Positions 18,401-29,555 of a stretch of 64,000 nucleotides of DNA are shown here, piece by piece. The position numbers and the translations under genes are program-made. The notes below the pieces were generated by a model, which was not told the DNA's origin, ran no database searches, and was given only the letters and a program-made list of their open reading frames with translations. How positions within the stretch are numbered: position 1 is the stretch's first letter; each line of letters opens with the position of its first letter. This DNA is from Alphaproteobacteria bacterium (GTDB lineage: Bacteria; Pseudomonadota; Alphaproteobacteria; Rhizobiales; Rhodomicrobiaceae), in NCBI GenBank assembly GCA_037387425.1, contig JARRLC010000001.1:8753-72752 (forward strand), written 5' to 3'.

Positions 18401-20116
18401 ATGGCTGAAACTCAAGTTACCAGGCAGGCGTCAACGTTTCCCTGGTTGCAGCATTACCCGCCGTCAACCCCTCATAACGTGGACGACAAACTGGGTAAAA
18501 CGCTGGTCGACCTGCTAGAGGAAAGCAAACAACAATATGCTTCCCGACCTGCCGTCGAAAGCTTTGGCGTATCCTTGACCTATGCCCAAGTTGATGAAAT
18601 CGCTAATAAAGTTGCAGGCTTCCTTCAAGCGAAAGGCTTGGTCAAGGGAGACCGCGTCGCGATTTTCATGCCCAACGTGGCGGCATACATCCCTATCCTT
18701 TTCGGAGTGCTGAAAGCGGGCGGCATTGTCGTCAACACCAATCCGCTTTATACGCCAAGAGAACTCACCCACCAGATGAAAGATTCTGGCGCTAAGTTCA
18801 TCTTCTTTCTTTCTCTGTTTGAGAAAACCGTAGCGGCGGCAGACAAGGCTGTTTCCTTCGATACAATGGTTCGGGTTGAAGTTGGCGATCTTCTTGGTCT
18901 CAAAGGCCGCCTTATCAGCGTTGTGGCGCGTCGCAAGCAAGGCGTTACGAAGAAAGACCGGCAGAGCCAGGCGATCAGCCTGCAAACAGCTCTTAAAGAA
19001 GGCGCAAAACATGGCTTCGTCCCTGTGCCGATAACGCCGGATGACCTCGCTTTCCTTCAATACACCGGCGGAACCACCGGCGTTTCGAAAGGCGCAATGC
19101 TCCAGCACTCCAACGTGCAGGCGAATACTGAGCAATGCGTTGCGTGGTTCGATCCAGTGCTTGACCGGGAGAACAAGCGCCACATCATGATTGGCGCGCT
19201 GCCCCTCTATCACATCTTTGCGCTTACGGGCTGCGCGTTCTTCACCCTGCGGATTGGCGGAACCGCTCTGCTAATTACCAATCCACGCGATTTGAAGACA
19301 TTCACGACAACGCTCCGCAAAAGACCTTTCACGATTTTCGTTGGCATCAACACGCTTTTCAGCGCGTTGGCCGATCACCCAGATTTTCCGAACGCCGATT
19401 TTTCTCATCTGTCCGTCTGTATCGGTGGTGGCATGGCGACGAAATCCATTGTTGCCGAGAAATGGAAGAAGATCACCGGCTTCCCCATCATCGAAGGGTA
19501 CGGACTATCGGAAACTTCGCCGGGGGCGACGTTTAATTCGCCCCGTATCGACTGTTTCACCGGTGCGATTGGTTTTCCCTGGCCATCAACCGAGGTGCGC
19601 ATTCTGGATGCGGAAGGCCAGCCGGTTGCCGAAGGCGAAATCGGGGAAATTGCAATCAAAGGGCCGCAAGTTATGCGCGGTTATTGGAACCGCCCGGAAG
19701 AAACCGCACGCGTATTTACAGAAGACGGCTTTTTCCGCTCCGGCGATATGGGGCTGATGCTGCCTGACGGCCAGTTCAAACTGGTAGACCGGCTTAAAGA
19801 GATGATCAATGTTTCCGGCTTCAACGTTTATCCGAACGAAGTTGAAGATGTCATCATTCAGATGCCGGAGGTAAAAGACGTCGCTGTGGTTGGGCTCCCC
19901 GATGATCATTCCGGCGAAGCGGTAACTGCCTTTGTTATCAAACGCGATGAAAATCTGACCGAACAGCAAATCCGGGATTACTGCCGGGAAACGCTGACCG
20001 GATATAAAGTGCCCAAAAAGGTCGTGTTCAAAGAAGAACTGCCAAAATCAAATGTCGGCAAGGTTTTGCGCCGAGTTCTCTATGAAGAGGCGGTTGGAGG
20101 GAAGAACTTGGCTTAA
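18401..20116 (+). CDS. fadD: Long-chain fatty acid--CoA ligase
   Basis: AMP-binding motifs LQYTGGTTGVSKGA and GYGLSETSP. I place the start at MAETQV (ATG 18401, GGGAG upstream); the track ORF begins at 18296. Confidence 0.9.
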   Translation: MAETQVTRQASTFPWLQHYPPSTPHNVDDKLGKTLVDLLEESKQQYASRPAVESFGVSLTYAQVDEIANKVAGFLQAKGLVKGDRVAIFMPNVAAYIPILFGVLKAGGIVVNTNPLYTPRELTHQMKDSGAKFIFFLSLFEKTVAAADKAVSFDTMVRVEVGDLLGLKGRLISVVARRKQGVTKKDRQSQAISLQTALKEGAKHGFVPVPITPDDLAFLQYTGGTTGVSKGAMLQHSNVQANTEQCVAWFDPVLDRENKRHIMIGALPLYHIFALTGCAFFTLRIGGTALLITNPRDLKTFTTTLRKRPFTIFVGINTLFSALADHPDFPNADFSHLSVCIGGGMATKSIVAEKWKKITGFPIIEGYGLSETSPGATFNSPRIDCFTGAIGFPWPSTEVRILDAEGQPVAEGEIGEIAIKGPQVMRGYWNRPEETARVFTEDGFFRSGDMGLMLPDGQFKLVDRLKEMINVSGFNVYPNEVEDVIIQMPEVKDVAVVGLPDDHSGEAVTAFVIKRDENLTEQQIRDYCRETLTGYKVPKKVVFKEELPKSNVGKVLRRVLYEEAVGGKNLA

Positions 20117-20294
20117 GAGCCAATCGCTATCGATAGCACTCTTTTGAAGAACAATAACGTGATTATAAGCGCGCCCCCAATAGATGGACAGCTTTGTTGG
20201 GGGGGATTATAATACGCCTGCAGTGGGAATAACCCATCGACTGTCCCGATAAGCCGAAATTCAAGGCGAGGACACATATCTCTGGGAGGAGAGT

Positions 20295-21272
20295 ATGGGT
20301 GGCCTCAAGCAGACAGTAGTGCATGCCGAAAAAATTAACCACGCTATTCAGTCCAATGAAATGGCGATGTCTGCGCTTGTCGCGTCTTGGCAGCGATCCT
20401 TATCGTTGCACCATCTCGATCCGACCAACAGGCGTCCGCCACAGCGCTTGACTGAATTAGAGTTGCGCATTGCCCGGCAACGTATAGAGCCGCTGATCGA
20501 AATCGCTAAGAGCAGTCTTGACCGGTTATATCTTGCGGTGGGCGCGGTCGGTTGCTGCGTTTTGTTAGCGGATAAAGACGGCGTTCCGGTTGAACGGCGC
20601 GGCGCAACCGGCGACGACAAGACCTTCCACGACTGGGGGCTTTGGCCCGGTTCGATCTGGAGCGAGGAAAGCGAAGGCACCAACGCCATTGGGACATGCC
20701 TCGTAGAACACAAGCTTATAACGATCCACCGGGACCAGCACTTTTTTTCTCGAAATACGCTTCTTTCCTGCGTTACGGCTCCCATCCACGATCATGAGGG
20801 AAAACTTCTGGCGGCGCTTGATGTGTCTTCCTGCCGCGCCGATCTGACGGAGGGTTATCTCAAGCTCATTGCTACAACCGTTAGCGATGCGGCTCGCTGT
20901 ATTGAGACGGAATACTTTCGGAAGGCATTCCCCAAGGCACGCATCCTTTTCGCCCCAACGACACAGAACGCTGCTTCTGCGCTCCTCGCTGTCGATCAAG
21001 ACGATCTCGTAATTGGCGCTTCTCGCAGCGCACGCATTGCGCTTGGGCTGACACAAACGAGCTTCAAAACGCCGCTTCCGGCTGCGGATATTCTCGGGGG
21101 CGAAAAAACGGGGCGAGACAATTTTTCCGACGCTGAGCGCAGTGTGGTTCAGCGCGCGATGATCCGGGCCAACGGCAAGGTTGCCGTTGCCGCCCGCGAA
21201 CTTGGCATTTCGCGGGCAACGCTGCACAGAAAGCTGGCTCGGCTGGGCCTTAGGAGCGCCGATTCCAATTAG
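20295..21272 (+). CDS. GAF-domain / Fis-type HTH transcriptional regulator (AcoR-like but lacking the AAA+ module)
   Basis: 325 aa with a central GAF-like region and the C-terminal HTH NGKVAVAARELGISRATLHRKLARLG. There is no Walker A or GAFTGA motif. It is positioned upstream of the aldehyde dehydrogenase. Confidence 0.8.
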   Translation: MGGLKQTVVHAEKINHAIQSNEMAMSALVASWQRSLSLHHLDPTNRRPPQRLTELELRIARQRIEPLIEIAKSSLDRLYLAVGAVGCCVLLADKDGVPVERRGATGDDKTFHDWGLWPGSIWSEESEGTNAIGTCLVEHKLITIHRDQHFFSRNTLLSCVTAPIHDHEGKLLAALDVSSCRADLTEGYLKLIATTVSDAARCIETEYFRKAFPKARILFAPTTQNAASALLAVDQDDLVIGASRSARIALGLTQTSFKTPLPAADILGGEKTGRDNFSDAERSVVQRAMIRANGKVAVAARELGISRATLHRKLARLGLRSADSN

Positions 21273-21283
21273 CCGGACCGATC

Positions 21284-21301
21284 TGTCGCAATTTTGAGAC
21301 A
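21284..21301. promoter_or_regulatory. 18-bp imperfect palindrome between the GAF-HTH regulator and the aldehyde dehydrogenase
   Basis: TGTCGCAATTTTGAGACA is self-complementary at 14/18 positions, with outer arms TGTC...GACA. It lies ~115 nt upstream of the ATG at 21416. Confidence 0.3.
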
Positions 21302-21415
21302 GTTTCGCATGTGCACCAACTGCTGCTGTACTGACACAACCTTTAAGCGATGCGAGTCTTTCAGACCACGCTGCGAACAGCGGCATGATCAAGGGTAACT
21401 TGAAAGGAGTATCCT

Positions 21416-22927
21416 ATGTTTGACCAGACGAAAATCGATAAAAGCCGTCTGCGTGCGCGCTATGACAACTTTATCAATGGCGCTTGGGCAGCTCCACTAA
21501 AGGGACGTTATTTCACGGACCACAGTCCCATCGATGCATCTACTCTGTGCGAGATAGCGCGCTCCGATGGCGACGATGTCGAGAAGGCGCTTGATGCCGC
21601 CCATGCCGCGCGGGAAAAATGGGCGCAAACCTCACTCACCGAACGCTCGCGCATCGTAAACGCGATCGCCGATCGCATCGAAGCGAATTTAGAACTTCTT
21701 GCCTACGTAGAAACACGCGACAACGGCAAGCCGATCCGTGAAACGCTGAATGCGGATGTTCCGCTGGCCGCCGACCATTTCCGGTATTTCGCAAGCTGCA
21801 TTCGCGCCGAAGAAGGCACAATTGCCGAGATCGACCACGACACCATCGCCTATCATTTCCACGAGCCGCTCGGGGTAGTCGGCCAGATCATTCCCTGGAA
21901 CTTCCCGCTTCTTATGGCCGCCTGGAAAATGGCGCCAGCCCTCGTCGCTGGCAATTGTGTGGTCATCAAGCCAGCCTCCGACACGCCGATGAGCCTTGCA
22001 GTGTTGATGGACCTGATCGGCGACCTGCTGCCTCCAGGCGTCTTGAACGTTGTGTTCGGGCATGGATCGGAAGTTGGCACACCGCTAGCGCGCAGCCCGC
22101 GTATCGCAAAAATCGCCTTCACCGGCGAAACGACTACTGGCCGCCAGATCATGCAATATGCGGCAGAAACCATCATCCCGCAGACCATGGAACTGGGGGG
22201 TAAATCGCCGAATATCTTCTTCGCTGATGTCATGGATCAAGACGACGCCTTCTTCGACAAGGCGCTTGAAGGTTTTGCCCTTTTCGCCTTCAACCAGGGC
22301 GAAGTTTGCACCTGCCCATCGCGCGCGCTCATCCAGGAAAGCATCTTCGACAAATTCATGGAGAGGGCCGTCGCGCGCGTTGCCAGCATTAAAGTTGGCG
22401 ATCCGCTTGATATTACGACACAAATGGGCGCGCAGTGTTCAAAAGGCCAGATTGAAAAGATCCTGAACTACATTCAAGTCGGCAAAGACGAAGGCGCCGA
22501 GCTTATGACGGGCGGCGATCGCGCACATCTGGAAGGCGAGTTGGGAAACGGCTTCTTCTTGCAGCCAACCGTTTTCACCGGTCACAACAAGATGCGCATT
22601 TTCCAGGAAGAAATCTTCGGCCCCGTGCTCTCAGTGACGACCTTCAAGACCATCGACGATGCAATCGAGATCGGCAATGACACGGTTTACGGTCTTGGTG
22701 CGGGCGTGTGGTCGCGTAACGTCAACAACACTTATCGTGTTGGACGGGCGATCCAGGCGGGCCGCGTTTGGACGAACTGCTATCATGCCTATCCGGCGCA
22801 CGCTGCTTTCGGCGGATACAAGGAATCGGGCTTCGGCCGCGAGACGCACAAGATGATGCTCAATCACTATCAGCAGACCAAGAATTTGCTGGTGAGTTAC
22901 AGCCCGAATGCGCTGGGCTTCTTCTAA
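21416..22927 (+). CDS. NAD(P)-dependent aldehyde dehydrogenase
   Basis: ELGGKSP and the catalytic-Cys region [12 protein letters not shown]. 503 aa. Confidence 0.93.
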   Translation: MFDQTKIDKSRLRARYDNFINGAWAAPLKGRYFTDHSPIDASTLCEIARSDGDDVEKALDAAHAAREKWAQTSLTERSRIVNAIADRIEANLELLAYVETRDNGKPIRETLNADVPLAADHFRYFASCIRAEEGTIAEIDHDTIAYHFHEPLGVVGQIIPWNFPLLMAAWKMAPALVAGNCVVIKPASDTPMSLAVLMDLIGDLLPPGVLNVVFGHGSEVGTPLARSPRIAKIAFTGETTTGRQIMQYAAETIIPQTMELGGKSPNIFFADVMDQDDAFFDKALEGFALFAFNQGEVCTCPSRALIQESIFDKFMERAVARVASIKVGDPLDITTQMGAQCSKGQIEKILNYIQVGKDEGAELMTGGDRAHLEGELGNGFFLQPTVFTGHNKMRIFQEEIFGPVLSVTTFKTIDDAIEIGNDTVYGLGAGVWSRNVNNTYRVGRAIQAGRVWTNCYHAYPAHAAFGGYKESGFGRETHKMMLNHYQQTKNLLVSYSPNALGFF

Positions 22928-22998
22928 ACAAATCTTGCAAGCAAACGGAGCGGGCCTTTTGGCCCGCTTTGATGCACCGCTGGAGAATCGCTGGAGAA

Positions 22999-23421
22999 AT
23001 GATCATGCCGGATCGCGTTATCTTTACTTCCGAAGCCAGGGACTTGGTTCAGCGCTTGAAAGCGGAGCATGGCCCGTTGATTTTCCATCTCTCCGGCGGA
23101 TGCTGCGAGGGCAGCGCGCCAATGTGTTTCCGCCAAAGCGATTTCCGCCCTGGAGCGCGAGACGTTCTGCTTGGCGCAATCGAAGGCTGCCCGTTTTTCG
23201 TCGGCGCGACCCAATACGACTATTGGGCGGCTTTCGAATTGACGGTGGATGTCACTACTGGCGGCGGCGACAGCTTCTCCATTGAGGCGGCGGACGGCGT
23301 TCGTTTTATCGTTAGCTCACGGATGTTCACCGACGCGGAGTGGGAGGAAGTTCACGCCGCAGGGCCGCCGCTCACTGGGCCCAACGCCATGAAATCCGTG
23401 ACAGATTCGGCTGTTGGATAG
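22999..23421 (+). CDS. DUF779-family protein (conserved partner of this aldehyde dehydrogenase type)
   Basis: MIMPDRVIFTSEARDLVQRLKAEHGPLIFHLSGGCCEGSAPMC.... The start is ATG 22999 or 23005; the track ORF (22768) overlaps the aldehyde dehydrogenase 3' end and is too long. Confidence 0.8.
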   Translation: MIMPDRVIFTSEARDLVQRLKAEHGPLIFHLSGGCCEGSAPMCFRQSDFRPGARDVLLGAIEGCPFFVGATQYDYWAAFELTVDVTTGGGDSFSIEAADGVRFIVSSRMFTDAEWEEVHAAGPPLTGPNAMKSVTDSAVG

Positions 23422-23445
23422 AGCGGCACTATAGTCTGTTGTACA

Positions 23446-24093
23446 TCACGCGCTAACCGACGGAAACAGCACCTGTGCGCCGGGCCGGGTGCGGACAGCT
23501 TCGCCCTCCACCCACGCATCACCGGAAGCAACCAGCTTCAACGCATGCGGATAAAGCACATGCTCGGCCTTCAGAACGCGCGCCGCCAGCGTGTCAGCGG
23601 TGTCGCCCGGCTCAACCGGAACCACGGCCTGCGCGACGATCGGCCCAGCGTCCATCTCATCGCGGACGAAATGCACCGTTGCGCCGGAAACGCGCACCCC
23701 CGCCGCAAGCGCCTGCCCATGCGGATCGAGACCGCGAAACGACGGCAACAGCGACGGGTGAATGTTGAGATGGCGGTTGCGCCACGTCTCCACGAACGCC
23801 GACGACTGGATGCGCATGAAGCCAGCCATGCAAACCAGCTCCACACCTGCCGAGCGCAGACGTTCCGTCACCGACTCGTCGAACGCCTCGCGCGAGGGGA
23901 AATGCTTGTGATTGATGACCTCAGCAGCGATGCCAGCGGCGCGCGCGGTCTCAAGGCCAGCGGCTTTCGGGCGATTGGAAATGACGAGCGCGATTTCAGC
24001 AGGAAAATCTGGCGCGCGGCACGCCTCGATGAGCGCGGCCATGTTGCTGCCGCGCCCAGAAATGAGCACACCTACGCGTTTACGCTGTGTCAT
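23446..24093 (-). CDS. purN: Phosphoribosylglycinamide formyltransferase
   Basis: GVLISGRGSN and NIHPSLLPSFRG motifs. Confidence 0.93.
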   Translation of the reverse strand: MTQRKRVGVLISGRGSNMAALIEACRAPDFPAEIALVISNRPKAAGLETARAAGIAAEVINHKHFPSREAFDESVTERLRSAGVELVCMAGFMRIQSSAFVETWRNRHLNIHPSLLPSFRGLDPHGQALAAGVRVSGATVHFVRDEMDAGPIVAQAVVPVEPGDTADTLAARVLKAEHVLYPHALKLVASGDAWVEGEAVRTRPGAQVLFPSVSA

Positions 24094-24250
24094 GGTCCGC
24101 CGCTTACTAGAGCATCATCTGTTCAAACGAGTGCGCCCTGCCGTAGGATGGGCTAAGTACAAGCAAAACCCATCGCCGCTATTGCGGTTAACAATAACTG
24201 TGCTAAGCCGAGCCACATCTTGTGGTTCTTTTGCGTCTCCCAAAGAGACT

Positions 24251-24670
24251 TTACGCAGCAGCAGCCAAGCCCAGTTCTTCACGAAGTTCGCGCAACCGCT
24301 CCAATGTGAAGGCAGCCTGCGCTTTGGCGTCTTCTTCCTTAGCTATATCAAGGAGATCTTCCAAGACCTTGATTTCGCTATCGTAAAGCGCTGCGTTCAT
24401 TTCTTCCACGGGCACCGCTTTTTCAGCCAGGATAGTCAACACACCATCAGGGCTAACATCGGCTATACCGCTGCGGACATAAATGTTGCTGAACTTGGTT
24501 TTCAGGCCAGGCACTTGCAACACACCGGGCCGCAACGTCGCGACGAAAGGCGCGTGGCGCGGCAGCACTGTGAAATAGCCTTCCGCGCCAGGCACAATGA
24601 CTTCCGTAACCTCGGCGGAAACCAGCAAACGCTCAGGCGAGACAAGTTCGAATTTGAAGATTTCGGCCAT
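24251..24670 (-). CDS. atpC: F1 ATP synthase subunit epsilon
   Basis: 139 aa, MAEIFKFELVSPERLL..., located downstream of atpD. Confidence 0.92.
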   Translation of the reverse strand: MAEIFKFELVSPERLLVSAEVTEVIVPGAEGYFTVLPRHAPFVATLRPGVLQVPGLKTKFSNIYVRSGIADVSPDGVLTILAEKAVPVEEMNAALYDSEIKVLEDLLDIAKEEDAKAQAAFTLERLRELREELGLAAAA

Positions 24671-24694
24671 GGCCGCGTTGTCTCCCTTTTTCGC

Positions 24695-26158
<1,464 letters not shown>

Positions 26159-26219
26159 TCAGCCTAACCCGGCGTTGTTGGTGTATTGCTCTGAAAAATT
26201 TCTAGTTCAGTCGTTCCGC

Positions 26220-27113
26220 CTAAAGCGCCTCTGCACCAGAGATGATTTCGATCAGCTCTTTGGTAATTTGCGCCTGACGGCTACGGTTATATGTCAATGT
26301 CAGCTTGTCGATCATTTCTCCGGCGTTACGCGTTGCAGAGTCCATGGCGGTCATTTGCGATGCGTAGAACCCCGCGAGGTTCTCCATAAGCGCCCGGAAA
26401 ATCTGTGTGGCGATGTTACGCGGCAGAAGATCGTTCAAGATGTCCTCTTCATCCGGCTCAAAGGTATATTCTGCACCCGACGCATCGACTGTTTTCTCTT
26501 CCTCATGCGAGGCATGGGGAAGACGCGCGGGGATGAGTTGCAGCGGTTTGGGCCGTTGCGTCAGAATGTTTTTGAACTCGGAGAAATACAGCGTCATCAC
26601 ATCGAACTCGCCATTTTCGAAGCGGCGCAGGACATTATTGGCAATGTCCTGAGCATGCGCATAGGTGAGTTGACGTACACTGCGCAGATCTACTGTATCA
26701 ATAATGAGCTTATCGAACTCACGGCGGAGTACATCGGAGCCTTTGCGGCCCACACAGATAAGCTTCACCTGTTTGCCTTGCGCCTGGAGCGTGCGGATAT
26801 GATCGCGCGCCATACGGATGATGTTGCTGTTGAACGCGCCTGCGAGCCCGCGTTCAGCGGTCATCACGACCAGCAAATGCACATCTGACTTGCCAGTGCC
26901 AATCAAGAGCGGCGATGCGCTAGTCTTGCTTCCCAGGCGGGCATTCAGATTTGCCAGAATAGCGTCCATCCGCTCGGCATAAGGCTTGGAGGCAACAGCG
27001 GCGTCTTGCGCCCGGCGCAATTTAGCCGCCGCCACCATTTGCATGGCCTTGGTGATTTTTCGCGTCGCTTTGACAGAGCCAATGCGATTGCGAAGATCTT
27101 TCAAGCTTGGCAT
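26220..27113 (-). CDS. atpG: F1 ATP synthase subunit gamma
   Basis: [36 protein letters not shown]. Confidence 0.96.
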   Translation of the reverse strand: MPSLKDLRNRIGSVKATRKITKAMQMVAAAKLRRAQDAAVASKPYAERMDAILANLNARLGSKTSASPLLIGTGKSDVHLLVVMTAERGLAGAFNSNIIRMARDHIRTLQAQGKQVKLICVGRKGSDVLRREFDKLIIDTVDLRSVRQLTYAHAQDIANNVLRRFENGEFDVMTLYFSEFKNILTQRPKPLQLIPARLPHASHEEEKTVDASGAEYTFEPDEEDILNDLLPRNIATQIFRALMENLAGFYASQMTAMDSATRNAGEMIDKLTLTYNRSRQAQITKELIEIISGAEAL

Positions 27114-27161
27114 TGCATCCCCGCCAGTTGCTTCATAGGACTGGTCACAGCAAACGAACCT

Positions 27162-28694
27162 TTACGCGCTGAAGTTTTTAGCGAACGTATCAAGTACATC
27201 TTTTAGCTGTGCTTCCAGTTCTTTGGTCAGTTGTTTTTGTTTGCGAATTTCGCTTAGAAGATTTGCATGGCTTCCACGCAGGGTGGTTAGCAGATCATCT
27301 TCGAAACTCCGCACGGCTTTTAACGGCAAAGAATCAAGGTAGCCACGCGTTCCGGCGAAAATCACGCAGACCTGCTCTTCCATCTGGAGCGGCGAGAACT
27401 GCGGCTGCTTGAGAAGCTCGGTTAGACGTGCGCCGCGCGCCAGCAGACGTTGCGTAGTGGCGTCAAGGTCAGACCCGAACTGTGCGAAGGCCGCCATCTC
27501 GCGATACTGCGCGAGTTCGCCCTTCAGCGAGCCGGCCACCTGCTTCATAGCCTTAACCTGTGCGGACGACCCCACACGCGACACCGAAACACCGACGTTC
27601 ACCGCTGGACGAACGCCTTGGTAGAACAGATCGGTTTCAAGGAAGATCTGCCCGTCAGTGATGGAAATCACGTTGGTTGGGATGTAGGCCGACACGTCAT
27701 TCGCTTGCGTCTCAATCACTGGCAGCGCTGTCAGCGAACCGGAACCATGGTCTGAGTTCAGCTTCGCGGCGCGTTCCAGCAAGCGGGAGTGCAGGTAGAA
27801 CACGTCGCCAGGGAAAGCTTCACGTCCGGGCGGACGGCGAAGCAGTAGCGACATTTGGCGATAAGCTACGGCCTGCTTGGAAAGATCGTCATACACAATC
27901 AAGCCATGCATGCTGTTGTCGCGGAAATATTCGCCCATGGCGCAACCGGAATATGGCGCGATAAACTGCATCGGCGCCGGATCGGAAGCTGTGGCGGCGA
28001 TAACGATTGAATATTCAAGCGCGCCGTGTTCTTCGAGCACCTTCACGAATTGTGCGACGGTGGAGCGCTTCTGGCCAACTGCGACATAAACACAGTAAAG
28101 CTTCTGGCTTTCGTCACCACTTTCGTTGATGGCTTTCTGATTGAGGATCGTATCAAGCGCCACTGCCGTTTTACCGGTCTGGCGGTCACCGATGATCAAT
28201 TCACGCTGGCCGCGTCCGACTGGGATGAGCGCATCGATGGCCTTGAGGCCAGTCGCCATCGGTTCGTGCACCGACTGGCGAGGCAAAATGCCAGGCGCTT
28301 TCACATCCACGCGGCGATATTCGGTCGCCTCAATAGGACCACGTCCGTCGATTGGATTACCGAGGGCGTCCACCACCCGGCCGAGAAGCCCTTTACCGAC
28401 TGGCACTTCCACGATGCTGCCGGTCCGCTTGACGACGTCGCCTTCTTTAATTTCGCGGTCTTCACCGAAGATCACGATACCGACGTTATCGACTTCCAAG
28501 TTCAACGCCATCCCACGGATGCCGTTAGCAAACTCGACCATCTCACCGGCCTGCACGTTATCGAGCCCGTAGACACGGGCGATACCGTCACCAACCGATA
28601 ACACCTGGCCGATCTCCGAAACCTCGGCCTCCTGGCCGAATTTCTTGATCTGCTCTTTCAGGATCGAGGAAATTTCCGAGGCCCGGATTTCCAT
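27162..28694 (-). CDS. atpA: F1 ATP synthase subunit alpha
   Basis: Walker A GDRQTGKT. 510 aa. Confidence 0.97.
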   Translation of the reverse strand: MEIRASEISSILKEQIKKFGQEAEVSEIGQVLSVGDGIARVYGLDNVQAGEMVEFANGIRGMALNLEVDNVGIVIFGEDREIKEGDVVKRTGSIVEVPVGKGLLGRVVDALGNPIDGRGPIEATEYRRVDVKAPGILPRQSVHEPMATGLKAIDALIPVGRGQRELIIGDRQTGKTAVALDTILNQKAINESGDESQKLYCVYVAVGQKRSTVAQFVKVLEEHGALEYSIVIAATASDPAPMQFIAPYSGCAMGEYFRDNSMHGLIVYDDLSKQAVAYRQMSLLLRRPPGREAFPGDVFYLHSRLLERAAKLNSDHGSGSLTALPVIETQANDVSAYIPTNVISITDGQIFLETDLFYQGVRPAVNVGVSVSRVGSSAQVKAMKQVAGSLKGELAQYREMAAFAQFGSDLDATTQRLLARGARLTELLKQPQFSPLQMEEQVCVIFAGTRGYLDSLPLKAVRSFEDDLLTTLRGSHANLLSEIRKQKQLTKELEAQLKDVLDTFAKNFSA

Positions 28695-29254
28695 CAGCCC
28701 ACCTCTTTCATAGCGATTTTCAGATTGTTCAACTTAGTGCGGATCGAAGAGTCGATCATGCGGCTGCCGATTTTGACGACAAGTCCGCCCAGAATTGAGG
28801 GATCGACTTTCGAATTCAGTGTAATGTGTTTGCCTGTCTTCGCGCTCAACTCCGCTTTGAGCTGTTGCGCATGCGCATCACCCAGCGGAATGGCGGAAAC
28901 AACTTCGGCAGTCAGCTCATCGCGGCTGCCAACTGTCAACTTGCGGAAATTTGCGATGATCTCGCTAAGAGCTGATAGGCGGCGATTCTTGACCAGGAGC
29001 TGAAGGAAATTTTGTGCCAAATCCCCCAAATCAACCTTTTCAGAAATCAGCGTCACCACCTGCGACTGATTATGTGCGGAAAATAATGGACTCAGCACAA
29101 AGCGTCGCAATGTTTCGCTCTCTTTCAAAAGCCCGTCGAGCTGGATAAGCGCTGCTTCCGTCGCTTCCAACTCATTTTGCTCGCGTGCGAGTTCGAACAG
29201 GGCTATCGCATAGCGTCCTGCCACGCCCGACACGTGGGTGTCTTCGCTAGTCAC
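28694..29254 (-). CDS. atpH: F1 ATP synthase subunit delta (OSCP)
   Basis: 186 aa, first gene of the atpHAGDC operon. Its stop overlaps the atpA start at 28694. Confidence 0.92.
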   Translation of the reverse strand: MTSEDTHVSGVAGRYAIALFELAREQNELEATEAALIQLDGLLKESETLRRFVLSPLFSAHNQSQVVTLISEKVDLGDLAQNFLQLLVKNRRLSALSEIIANFRKLTVGSRDELTAEVVSAIPLGDAHAQQLKAELSAKTGKHITLNSKVDPSILGGLVVKIGSRMIDSSIRTKLNNLKIAMKEVG

Positions 29255-29555
29255 CTTAGCGCTCTCTCTGTGTCTATCCTGCGGGTATGAAATCGTCAGG
29301 ATTGTCGCAAGAATTAAACTGCGGCAATAAGGCTTTCCCCCATCGAATTAACATGGAGCCCTTTGCCGAGGGTTCTCTAGCACAGGCATTGTATACAGCG
29401 CAACCCGTTACAATATAGCTTTTTTGATTTAAATTGCCGCTGAAACTGAGATATTTCATAAACAGAACATTGCAGCTTCGATATGCTGTCCGGACATCAC
29501 GCACGTTACGCATCGTAGCGCCGTGCGTCTACCCCCGAAGTCTTCCTGGCCACTT

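Noticed and set aside
20161-20212. A hairpin flanked by 8-bp direct repeats, read as a MITE with a target-site duplication.
   Set aside because: The 36 bp between the repeats is far too short for a MITE, and I found no other copies in this window. It is kept only as a low-interest structural note.
21273-21415. A sigma-54 (-24/-12) promoter in front of the aldehyde dehydrogenase, expected from the AcoR-like regulator.
   Set aside because: There is no TGGCAC-N5-TTGC-like element in the spacer, and the regulator lacks the AAA+/GAFTGA module needed to activate sigma-54.
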